A DNA stretch of 64,000 nucleotides. Source: Anaeromyxobacteraceae bacterium (GTDB lineage: Bacteria; Myxococcota; Myxococcia; Myxococcales; Anaeromyxobacteraceae). Numbering within the stretch: position 1 is the stretch's first letter; every line of letters begins with the position of its first letter. The notes below the pieces were generated by a model. The model saw only the letters and a list, made by a program, of their open reading frames with translations. It was not told where the DNA came from and searched no databases. Position numbers and translations under genes: made by a program. Shown in pieces: positions 51,157-59,426 of the stretch. The stretch lies in assembly GCA_032654565.1 (NCBI GenBank), contig JAULAX010000015.1:864001-928000 (forward strand). The letters are read 5' to 3'.

Positions 51157-53196
51157 TCAGCCCGGGGGGGCGAGGGTAATCTTGACGCGCCCGCCGCGCT
51201 CGATGACCCGGCCCGGGGGCGGGGCCTGCGAGACCACCCGGCCCGAGCCGGTCAGCTCGGCCCCCAGGTCGAGGGCCTCCAGGGCCCGGACCGCGGCGCG
51301 GGCCGGCAGGCCGGCCAGGGCGGGGACGGCCACGCCGCCGGTGGTCCCGGCGACGCGCCGGGCGGCGACGTCGACCGCCGGGGGGCTGGCCGGCTCGCCC
51401 TCGGGATCGGGGAGCGGGGCGGCGGCGAGGCGGGCGGCGGCGGCCGGGCCCGGCGAGGCGGGCGGCGGGCTGGCGGGAGCGGCGGCGACCGTGGGAGCGT
51501 CGGGGGGGACCCCCAGCATCTTCAGGGCGTACTCGGCGATCTCCCGGAACGGCGGCGCCGCCACCTCGCCGCCGTAGACCTCCCCCTTGGGCTCGTCGAT
51601 GAAGATGCCGATGACCACCCGGGGCGACTCGGCCGGCGCGAAGCCGACGAAGGAGCTGAAGTGGCGGTCGGCCGAGTAGCCGCCCGAGACCGGGTCGGCC
51701 TTCTGGGCGGTGCCGGTCTTGCCGGCCACCCGCCAGCCCTCGGAGCGGGCCCGCTTGCCGGTGCCGTCGGGGTCCTCGACCACGCCGGTGAGCCAGCGGG
51801 CCACGGTGGCGGCGGTGGCCACCGAGACCACCCGCCGGACCGGGGTCGGCTCCCCCAGGTCGAGCACCGAGCCGTCGGCCGGGTCGAGCACCCGCTTCAC
51901 CAGCAGCGGCTTCATCAGCACGCCGCCGTTGGCGATGGCGGCCATGGCGGCCACCACCTGGAGCGGCGTGGCGGTCAGCCCCTGGCCGAAGCTCTGGGTG
52001 GCCAGGGTGATGTCGGCCCTGGGGAAGGGGAGCTGGCCGCGCCGCTCGCCGGGGAGGTCGATGCCCGCCCGCTCGCCGAAGCCGAAGGCGGTGAGCACCT
52101 CGTTGAGCCCCTGCTTGCCGAGCCGGGCGCCGATGCGCGCCGCGCCGACGTTGGAGGAGGCCGCCAGCACCTTGGCCGGCCCCACCCAGCCGATGTCCTT
52201 GTGGTCGTGGATGACGTGGCCGCCCACGGTGTAGCCGGCGCCGCAGTCGATGGGGTCGCCCGGCTTGAGGACGCCGCGCTCCAGCGCCCCGGCGATGGTG
52301 AAGGTCTTGATGGTCGAGCCAGGCTCGAAGGCGTCGGTGACCGCCCGGTTGCGCAGCTCCTGGCCGCCGCGTGGCGAGTTGGGGTTGACCGGCGGATCGC
52401 TGGCCATGGCCAGCACCTCGCCGGTGGCCGGGTCGAGCGCCACCGCCACGCCGGAGAGGGCCTTGCTGCCGCGCACCGCGGTGGCCAGCGCCCGCTCGGT
52501 GGCCAGCTGCAGCCCCTGGTCGATGGTCAGCTCCACCCGGGCCCCCTCCCGCCCGCGCGCCGAGCCCGGGGCGTCCTGCAGCGCCAGCCGCCCCCGGCCG
52601 TCGCGCAGCGAGGGGACGCGGGTCGGCTCGCCGCGCAGCAGGTCGTCGAGGGCCAGCTCGACGCCGTCGAGGCCGGAGCCCTCGTCGCCGGTGACCCCGA
52701 GCAGCTGGCCGGCCAGCGTGACCTTGGGGTAGTAGCGCCGGGTCTCGGCCACCAGGCTGACGCCGGGGAGGGCCAGGCGGCGGACGGCGCTGGCCTCGGC
52801 GGGGGAGATGCGCCGCTTCACCCAGACGAAGCGCGAGCCGCGGTCCACCTTGCGGGTGAGCGCCTTCGGCTCGAGGTCGAGGGCCCCGGCCAGGGCGCGG
52901 AGCGCCTGGGGCGCCGCGGCGCCGGCCAGGGTCTCGGGGTCGACGAAGACCGACTCGGCGTCGGCGCTGCCGGCCAGCAGCAGGCCGGCCCGGTCGGTGA
53001 CCACGCCGCGGCGCGGCTTCATCACGAACTGGCGCAGGTACTGGTCGCGGGCCTCGGAGGAGAGCTTGTCGCGCTGCACCACCTGCAGCTGCACGGCGCG
53101 CCAGGCCAGGCCGCCGAAGCCGGCCAGGAAGAGCAGCCCGATCAGCCCGACGCGGAGGGCGATCCAGCGTGCCGCCTTGGGATCCGGCAGGGCCAC
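51157..53196 (-). CDS. ftsI: Septal transpeptidase PBP3 with C-terminal PASTA-like domain
   Basis: RRYYP, FEPGSTIK (SxxK), SSNVG (SxN), GKTGTAQK (KTG). Confidence 0.96.
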   Translation of the reverse strand: MALPDPKAARWIALRVGLIGLLFLAGFGGLAWRAVQLQVVQRDKLSSEARDQYLRQFVMKPRRGVVTDRAGLLLAGSADAESVFVDPETLAGAAAPQALRALAGALDLEPKALTRKVDRGSRFVWVKRRISPAEASAVRRLALPGVSLVAETRRYYPKVTLAGQLLGVTGDEGSGLDGVELALDDLLRGEPTRVPSLRDGRGRLALQDAPGSARGREGARVELTIDQGLQLATERALATAVRGSKALSGVAVALDPATGEVLAMASDPPVNPNSPRGGQELRNRAVTDAFEPGSTIKTFTIAGALERGVLKPGDPIDCGAGYTVGGHVIHDHKDIGWVGPAKVLAASSNVGAARIGARLGKQGLNEVLTAFGFGERAGIDLPGERRGQLPFPRADITLATQSFGQGLTATPLQVVAAMAAIANGGVLMKPLLVKRVLDPADGSVLDLGEPTPVRRVVSVATAATVARWLTGVVEDPDGTGKRARSEGWRVAGKTGTAQKADPVSGGYSADRHFSSFVGFAPAESPRVVIGIFIDEPKGEVYGGEVAAPPFREIAEYALKMLGVPPDAPTVAAAPASPPPASPGPAAAARLAAAPLPDPEGEPASPPAVDVAARRVAGTTGGVAVPALAGLPARAAVRALEALDLGAELTGSGRVVSQAPPPGRVIERGGRVKITLAPPG

Positions 53197-53199
53197 GGC

Positions 53200-53649
53200 C
53201 TACTCCCGCGCCGCCGACACCCGCGACGGCCCCCGGAGCGCGACCTGCTGCACCCCGGGGACCTCCGCGTCCCGCCCGGCGTTCGCCGACGCCAGGCGGG
53301 CACCCGCCGCCGCCCGTCCACTGGTGGGCCCCACCGCCAGCCGCGGCGTCGCCGCCGGCACGGCGATCACCGCGCCCGGCGCGGGTGGGGCCATCGAGAG
53401 CCTGGTCCTGGCGAACCGCTCCAGCGCCGCCGGCGCCTTGAGCGCCTCCACCTCCAGCACCAGCCGGTCGTGCTCGGCGGTGAGCCGGGCGTGCTCCTTC
53501 TGCAGGAGCCCCAGCTCGTAGGCGGCGGTGAGCGTCCGGGTGCGCGACCAGGTGAAGGCCACCAGCATGGCCGCCAGCAGCACCACGAAGAGGGTGGTCC
53601 GCAGCACCGGGCCGGCCACCGCCGGCCGCCTGGAGGCGGCGCGGATCAC
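53200..53649 (-). CDS. ftsL: Cell division protein FtsL
   Basis: Between rsmH and ftsI; single TM, coiled coil L.LE...LK.P..LE..AR..L.M..P. Confidence 0.85.
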   Translation of the reverse strand: MIRAASRRPAVAGPVLRTTLFVVLLAAMLVAFTWSRTRTLTAAYELGLLQKEHARLTAEHDRLVLEVEALKAPAALERFARTRLSMAPPAPGAVIAVPAATPRLAVGPTSGRAAAGARLASANAGRDAEVPGVQQVALRGPSRVSAARE

Positions 53650-54578
53650 GGCAGCCGCTCCACCACGCGCAGCCGGGCGCTGCGCGACCGGGGGTTGCGC
53701 GCCACCTCGTCGTCGCCGGCCACCGCCGGCTTGCGGGTCACCGCGGCGAAGCCGGCCGCGTGGCCGCAGCCACACACCGGCATGCCGGGCGGGCAGATGC
53801 AGCCCTGGCAGAGGGCGCGGAACTTCTCCTTCACGGCCCGGTCCTCGAGGCTGTGGAAGGCGATGGCGCCGGCGCGCCCCCCGGCGCGCAGCAGCTGCGG
53901 CAGGGACTCCAGCCAGGCCGCCAGCGCCCCCAGCTCGTCGTTGATGGCGATGCGCAGCGCCTGGAAGGTCCGGGTGGCCGGGTGGATCCGCTTGGGCCAG
54001 GCCTTGCGCGGGATGGCGGCGCCGACCAGCTCGGCCAGGCGGGCGGTGTCGAGCGGCTCGCCGGCCTCGACGGCGCGCTTGATGGCGCGGGCGATGGGGC
54101 GGGCGAAGGGCTCCTCGCCGTAGGACTTGATGAGGTGGGCCAGCTGGTGCTCGTCGAGCTCCGCCAGCAGGTCGGCCAGGGTCTGCCCCTCCGGCCCCAT
54201 GCGCATGTCGAGCGGCCCGCCCTGGCGGAAGGAGAAGCCGCGCGAGGGGTCGTCGAGCTGCGGGGAGGAGACCCCGAGGTCGACCAGGGCGCCGTCGACG
54301 CCATCGAGCCCGAGGGCGGAGAGGACGTTGCGGGCGTCGCGGAAGTCGCCGCGCACGGCGCGGAAGGCCTCGCCGTAGCGGGCCAGCCGGGCGCCGGCGG
54401 CGGCGAGGGCGCGCGGGTCCTTGTCCATGCCGATCACCTGGGCTCCGGCTTCGAGGAAGAGCCCGGAGTGGCCGCCGCCGCCGAGGGTGCCGTCGAGGAA
54501 GACCAGCCCCGGCCCGGGACGGAGCAGCTCGACCACCTCGCGTGCCAGCACCGGCTCATGGACGAACTCCTCGCTCAC
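53646..54578 (-). CDS. rsmH: 16S rRNA m4C1402 methyltransferase
   Basis: [26 protein letters not shown]...[33 protein letters not shown]. Confidence 0.97.
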   Translation of the reverse strand: MSEEFVHEPVLAREVVELLRPGPGLVFLDGTLGGGGHSGLFLEAGAQVIGMDKDPRALAAAGARLARYGEAFRAVRGDFRDARNVLSALGLDGVDGALVDLGVSSPQLDDPSRGFSFRQGGPLDMRMGPEGQTLADLLAELDEHQLAHLIKSYGEEPFARPIARAIKRAVEAGEPLDTARLAELVGAAIPRKAWPKRIHPATRTFQALRIAINDELGALAAWLESLPQLLRAGGRAGAIAFHSLEDRAVKEKFRALCQGCICPPGMPVCGCGHAAGFAAVTRKPAVAGDDEVARNPRSRSARLRVVERLP

Positions 54579-54883
54579 GCGGCCCGGATGGCGGCCTCGA
54601 CATCGGCGAACATCTCGACGTGCCCGCCGGCCCCGCCGGCGTGGACCAGGTCGCGCACGTAGCGGGTGGCCCCGGCGGCGCGCAGCCCGGGGATGGCCTT
54701 GAGCAGCGCCGCGCCGGCGTAGTGGAGGTGGGTGACCCGCTTCAGGTCGATGACCACCGTCCGCCCCAGCGCCCGCGCCTGGGTGGCCACCCGGGCGATG
54801 GAGGCCAGCTCCTCGCGGGTCAGCTCGCCGACCCCCCGGATCACCGTCACCTCGTCCGCCTGCCTGGTCTCGTACATGCCCAC
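54575..54883 (-). CDS. Small STAS/anti-sigma-antagonist-like protein
   Basis: ~100 aa; [31 protein letters not shown], ..F.DVEAAI; RBS GGAGG; stop overlaps rsmH GTG. Confidence 0.7.
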   Translation of the reverse strand: MGMYETRQADEVTVIRGVGELTREELASIARVATQARALGRTVVIDLKRVTHLHYAGAALLKAIPGLRAAGATRYVRDLVHAGGAGGHVEMFADVEAAIRAA

Positions 54884-54895
54884 GCCCTCCCCGCC

Positions 54896-55330
54896 CTAGG
54901 CCTTGAAGAAGTCCACCCGCTGCTCCACCGGGATCTCCGCCGCCATCTCGGCCTCGTAGGCGGCCTGGTCGTAGAGCTGGATGTAGCCACCCATCCCCAC
55001 CCAGACGACCTCCTTCACCAGCCCGGCCCACTCGCGCAGCGCCGGCGGCACCAGCACCCGGCCGTGGACGTCCAGGTCCACCTCGTGCGCCGAGGCGATG
55101 AACTTGAGGACGTTGCGCTGCATGGGGGCGTCGAAGGGGGAGGCGGCCGAGACGCGCCGGGCCAGCTCGGACCACTGCGACTGCGGCAGGGCCAGCAGCG
55201 AGCGGGCGTGCGAGTTGCGGAGCAGGACGATGCGCGGCTCGCCGGCCGCGGCCAGCGCCTCGCGCAGCCGGACCGGGAGGCTGGTGCGCCCCTTGCCATC
55301 GATCGTGTGGTTGTAGGTCCCGAAGAACAC
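54896..55330 (-). CDS. mraZ: Transcriptional regulator MraZ
   Basis: [16 protein letters not shown] and D.HGRVLVP..LR.WA.L.KEVV.VG. Confidence 0.95.
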   Translation of the reverse strand: MFFGTYNHTIDGKGRTSLPVRLREALAAAGEPRIVLLRNSHARSLLALPQSQWSELARRVSAASPFDAPMQRNVLKFIASAHEVDLDVHGRVLVPPALREWAGLVKEVVWVGMGGYIQLYDQAAYEAEMAAEIPVEQRVDFFKA

Positions 55331-55356
55331 GGCCGTCCCGATCCTGCGCGAATGAT

Positions 55357-55380
55357 CCACTCTCTGCCACTTTTTGCCAC
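55357..55380 (-). promoter_or_regulatory. MraZ operator: three GTGG boxes at 10-bp period
   Basis: Minus strand GTGGcaaaaa-GTGGcagaga-GTGGatcatt, just upstream of mraZ. Confidence 0.8.
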
Positions 55381-55500
55381 GAACTGGTCCGGATCTAGTT
55401 GGATCCGGCCGGGGAAGTCAACGGGTCCCCTTCGGACACCCGGATCCAGGTGCTGAAGAGATGTTCAGTGACCCTTGGGCGGTGGGTGAGCCTCGGCCAG

Positions 55501-55540
55501 AAGAAAGCCGGGGACCTGGGTTCGACCCAGGTCCCCGGCT
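55501..55540 (-). terminator. Intrinsic terminator after the solute-binding protein gene
   Basis: 16-bp perfect stem agccggggacctgggt / acccaggtccccggct; minus strand continues TTCTTCT. Confidence 0.85.
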
Positions 55541-55581
55541 GTGTTCATCGGTCTCCCGGCCGCCCGCGGCGGCCCGGCCGG

Positions 55582-56718
55582 CTACTTCAGGACCTGGAAC
55601 TTCCCGTCCTTCACCACCAGCATCTCGAAGGCATCCGGGGTCAGGCCGCAATGATCGGTGGCCGACAGGTTGAAGACGCCGGCGGTGCCGGCCATCCCGT
55701 GGATGGCCTCGATGGCGTCGCGGGCCTTTTGCTTGTTGGCCCCACCGCCCTTGAGGCCGGCCTGGAGCATGAGGAAGGCGTCGTAGGCGTGGCCGCCAAA
55801 GGTGGAGACGTCCTCCTTGTACTTGGCCTCGTAGGAGCGCTTGTAGTCGACCAGGAGCTTCTTCTGCGGGTTGGCCTCGGAGAGCGACTCGGCCACCAGC
55901 AGGCGGCCAGCCGGGAAGATCACCCCTTCGGCGGCGGTGCCGGCCCCCTTCACGTAGGCCAGGTTGCCGAAGCCGTGGCTCTGGAAGAGCGGGATGGTCA
56001 GGCCGATCTGGCGGGCGTTCTTGAGGACGATCGACTGGGCCGGCTCGATCGACCAGTTGACCAGGGCCTCGGCGCCCGAGGCCTTCATCTTGGTCACCTC
56101 GGCGGTCAGGTCGGTGGCGGCCTTGTCGTAGACCTCGTTGGCCACGATGGTGAGGCCGTAGGTCGGCGCCAGCTTCTCCAGCTGGGCCTTGCCGGCCTTG
56201 CCGAAGCCGGTGTTGGAGGTGAGCACGCCGAGCTTGGTCAGGCCGAGCTTCTTGATGTGCTCGAAGATGCGGATGACGGCGTGGCTGTCGCTCTGCGGCG
56301 ACTTGAAGACCCACTTGGCCACCGGCTGCACGATCACCTCGGCGGCGGCGCAGGAGAGCAGCAGGGTGCCGCTCTCCTCGGCCAGCTGCTTCACCTGCAT
56401 GGTCTCACCGCTGGTCGAGGGACCGATGATGGCGAAGACCTGGTTCTCCTCGATGAGCTGCTTGGTCATCGAGACGGCCTTCTCCGGGCTGCCGCCGGTG
56501 TCCTTGATCAGCAGCTCGATCTTGACGCCGTTGATGCCGCCGGCGGCGTTGGCCTTCTCCACCAGCATCTCCAGCGTGCGCGCCTCCGGGGCGCCCAGGA
56601 AGGAGGCCGGACCGGTCACCGAGAGCAAGGCGCCGACCTTGATGGTCTCGCCGGCCACCGCCGGCCCCACCAGACAGAACAACACCACCGCAAGACTGGA
56701 CCTGAGCATCCTCATCAC
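55582..56718 (-). CDS. ABC transporter substrate-binding protein, LIV/HAAT (Peripla_BP_6) family
   Basis: Signal peptide; IKVGALLSVTGPASFLG, N..GGING..IEL...D, IIGPSTSG, FGGHAYDA. Confidence 0.9.
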   Translation of the reverse strand: MMRMLRSSLAVVLFCLVGPAVAGETIKVGALLSVTGPASFLGAPEARTLEMLVEKANAAGGINGVKIELLIKDTGGSPEKAVSMTKQLIEENQVFAIIGPSTSGETMQVKQLAEESGTLLLSCAAAEVIVQPVAKWVFKSPQSDSHAVIRIFEHIKKLGLTKLGVLTSNTGFGKAGKAQLEKLAPTYGLTIVANEVYDKAATDLTAEVTKMKASGAEALVNWSIEPAQSIVLKNARQIGLTIPLFQSHGFGNLAYVKGAGTAAEGVIFPAGRLLVAESLSEANPQKKLLVDYKRSYEAKYKEDVSTFGGHAYDAFLMLQAGLKGGGANKQKARDAIEAIHGMAGTAGVFNLSATDHCGLTPDAFEMLVVKDGKFQVLK

Positions 56719-56830
56719 GTGTGCCTCCTCGGGGCGTCATGCCCCACGGGTCGAGACAACCAAGCGGACACTCGTCGTGTCCTCGCCGCCGAAGGGCGGC
56801 GTCGCAGCGCGAAGCGGGGAAGTGAAAACG

Positions 56831-57457
56831 CTAGCAGCATCGACACGCCTTGTGGAACGTGAACTGGTCGCCCAGCCCGGCCAGCGCCTCCCGGGTGTTG
56901 ACGTTCTGCGTGATCGCCGCGTCGCGGCACGGTACCTCGACCCGGCGCCGGGCGTGGGCCTCGATGGCCTCGGCCAGCGAGGCGGTCCAGCGGTCCGCCA
57001 GGAGCCGGTCGAGGAAGGGGCGGCCCAGGAGGACCGGGTGGCCGCGCCGCCCGGCGTGGGTGGCGACCAGGACGTCGCCCCGGCCGGCGCCAAAGGCGCG
57101 CAGCAGCCGGGCGTGGGTGCTGGCGCGGAGGAGGGGCTGGTCGACGTGGCAGACCAGCACCGCCGCCAGCGCCGCGTCCCGCTCCAGCGCCGTCCGGAGG
57201 CCGCAGCGCAACGACGCCAGCATCCCCCGCCGCCAGCCGCGGCAGGTGACCGCCCGGGCGCCGGCGAACCGGACGCCGCGCCGGACCCGCGCCGCCTCGT
57301 GGCCGAGCACGGCGATCCGGTCGCCGACCCCCTCCACGGTGGCCAGCGTGGCGAGGATGCGGCCGAGGAAGGTCTCGCCGCGAAGCTCGAGCAACGGCTT
57401 GGGCGAGCCCATCCGGCTCGAGGCCCCGGCCGCCAGCACGATGGCGGCGACCGTCAT
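56831..57457 (-). CDS. Molybdenum cofactor cytidylyltransferase (MocA-like nucleotidyltransferase)
   Basis: AIVLAAGASSRMG.PK.LL, W..GMLASL..GL, VDQP, GRRGHPVL, NVNT. Confidence 0.85.
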   Translation of the reverse strand: MTVAAIVLAAGASSRMGSPKPLLELRGETFLGRILATLATVEGVGDRIAVLGHEAARVRRGVRFAGARAVTCRGWRRGMLASLRCGLRTALERDAALAAVLVCHVDQPLLRASTHARLLRAFGAGRGDVLVATHAGRRGHPVLLGRPFLDRLLADRWTASLAEAIEAHARRRVEVPCRDAAITQNVNTREALAGLGDQFTFHKACRCC

Positions 57458-58389
57458 CCGCGCTCCCCGCCCGAGGCGTCCTGGTGGGGGAGCCGCACCA
57501 CCGCGCCGGCCAGGTCCTCGCCGGGCGCGGCCTCCCAGCCGGGGGCCCGGATCTCCCGGGGCTCGAGGAGCCCCGGCCAGGCCACCCGCCGTCCCCGGCG
57601 CACCGCCACCAGCTCGGCCACCACGCTGACCGCGATCTCCTCCGGCGTCACCGCGCCGATGTCCAGGCCGAGCGGCGTGCGGAGCCGGGCCAGCTGGGGC
57701 TCCGACAGCCCCTGGGCCCGCAGCCGCAGCAGGAACCGCTCGCGCTTGCGGCGGCTCCCGATCATCCCCACGAAGCCGGCCGGCGTCCCCAGCAGCGCCT
57801 TCACCGTGGCCTGGTCCACGTCGTGCGCATGGGTGGCCACCAGGCAGGCGGTGGCGGCGTCGGGCGCCAGCGCCGCCACGGCGGCGGCCGGCTCGTCGCA
57901 GAGCACTCGCGCCGCCGACGGCAGCTGCCCGGGCCCGGTCCAGGCCTCCCGCTCGTCGACCACCGTCACCTCGAACCCGACCCGCCCCGCCGCCTCGCAG
58001 ATGGCCCGGCCCACGTGGCCGGCGCCGAAGAGCAGCAGCCGGGCGGCCGGCTCGATCCGCTCCAGGAAGATCCGCATCTGGCCCCCGCAGCACATGCCGA
58101 GATCCCGGGCCAGGTCGTAGGTGAGGAAGCGCTGCGCCGGCCCCCCGGTCACCAGCAGCGCCCGGGCCTCCTCGAGGACGCGGTGCTCGATGGTGCCGCC
58201 GCCGACGGTCCCGGTGGCGCGCCCGCCGCCGAGGAGCAGCAGCTTGGCCCCCGGGGCCTGCGGCGCCGAGCCGGCCACGTCGACCACCGTGGCCAGCACC
58301 GCCACCACCCGCTCCCGCCGGGCCCGGGCCAGCGCCTGGTAGACGTCGCCGCCGCCGACCGGCAGGTCCTGGCCGTCGCCGGGCGTCAC
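57454..58389 (-). CDS. xdhC: XdhC/CoxI-family molybdenum hydroxylase accessory protein
   Basis: GSAP..PGAK, GTVGGG.IE, LGMCCGG, LFGAGHVG, GMIGSRRK, PLGLDIGA.TPEEIAVS. Confidence 0.9.
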   Translation of the reverse strand: MTPGDGQDLPVGGGDVYQALARARRERVVAVLATVVDVAGSAPQAPGAKLLLLGGGRATGTVGGGTIEHRVLEEARALLVTGGPAQRFLTYDLARDLGMCCGGQMRIFLERIEPAARLLLFGAGHVGRAICEAAGRVGFEVTVVDEREAWTGPGQLPSAARVLCDEPAAAVAALAPDAATACLVATHAHDVDQATVKALLGTPAGFVGMIGSRRKRERFLLRLRAQGLSEPQLARLRTPLGLDIGAVTPEEIAVSVVAELVAVRRGRRVAWPGLLEPREIRAPGWEAAPGEDLAGAVVRLPHQDASGGERG

Positions 58390-59426
58390 CTGGTCGCTCC
58401 GGTGGCGCGGCGCACGGTCCGCCGCACCAGCACCGGCACCATGGCCCGGCGCCAGGCCGGGTCGGCGGCCAGGTTGGTGAGCGGGTGGCACTGCCGGTGG
58501 GCCGCGGCGGCCACCCGCTCCAGCGCCGCCTCGTCGAGGGGGCGCCCCTCGACCAGGCCGGCGAGGCCGGTGACCACCCGCGGGCGGGCCCCGAGCGCCG
58601 AGACCACCACCCGCAGCGAGCGGCAGGCGCCGTCCGGCGCCAGGTCGGCCACCGCGGCCACCGAGAGCTGCGGGAAGTCGATGGCCTGTCGAGGCCGGAG
58701 CTTCTCGTAGGCGGCGCGCTGGCCCGGCGGAGTGGCCGGGAGGCGCAGCTCGGTGATCAGCTCGGCGGCGTCGAGCGCCAGGTGACGCCGCCCCTCGTTC
58801 TGCAGCAGCGACTCCACCGGGATCCAGCGGTCGCCGCCCACCCGCTCGACCCGGGCCTCGGCCTGGAGCGCGGTGAGCAGGGTGGCCCCGTCCGAGCTGC
58901 AGGCGGCCACGCAGCGGGTCCCACCCGGCACCACGTGGCAGGTCGTGCCCCGGCGCTTGAGGCAGTAGCCCAGCGACGCCCGCCAGAAGGCGGTCTGGTT
59001 GAGGTAGCTGCAGCGGGTGTCGAGGCAGAGGTTGCCACCCACCGTCCCCATGTTGCGCAGCTGCGGCGAGCCGATCTGGCTGTAGGTGGCGGCCAGCGCC
59101 GGGTGGCGGTCGCGCAGCAGGGGATGGGCCGCGGCGTCGGCCAGGGAGGTGAGCGCCCCCAGGTGGAGCCGGCCCGCCACCTCCCGCACGCCGCGCAGGT
59201 GGAGATCCTCGAGCCGGGTCAGGTCGACGAGGAGCTCGACGTCGAGGAGCCGGTGCTTGAGGTTGGGCACCAGGTCGGTGCCGCCGGCGATGGGGAGGAC
59301 CGGCCCGCGCCGCGCCGCCCCGTCTCCGTCCGGGTCCACCCGGCCGCGGCTCCCCTGCTCGAGCAGGCCGAGCGCCTCGGCGAGGCGAGGCGGCGCCACG
59401 TGGCGCAGGTGAGGGAGCGGCATCAT
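58386..59426 (-). CDS. hcrB: FAD subunit with [4Fe-4S] insertion, 4-hydroxybenzoyl-CoA reductase beta-like
   Basis: AGGTDL.PNLK, QLRNMGTVGGNL, Cys insertion CLDTRC..LNQ..FWR...GYCLK..G..CHV.....RC, KLR.R.AIDFP. Confidence 0.8.
   Translation of the reverse strand: MMPLPHLRHVAPPRLAEALGLLEQGSRGRVDPDGDGAARRGPVLPIAGGTDLVPNLKHRLLDVELLVDLTRLEDLHLRGVREVAGRLHLGALTSLADAAAHPLLRDRHPALAATYSQIGSPQLRNMGTVGGNLCLDTRCSYLNQTAFWRASLGYCLKRRGTTCHVVPGGTRCVAACSSDGATLLTALQAEARVERVGGDRWIPVESLLQNEGRRHLALDAAELITELRLPATPPGQRAAYEKLRPRQAIDFPQLSVAAVADLAPDGACRSLRVVVSALGARPRVVTGLAGLVEGRPLDEAALERVAAAAHRQCHPLTNLAADPAWRRAMVPVLVRRTVRRATGATR

Noticed and set aside
56830..56860. Sigma54 promoter upstream of the solute-binding protein gene
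   Set aside because: GG/GC spacing does not fit the -24/-12 consensus
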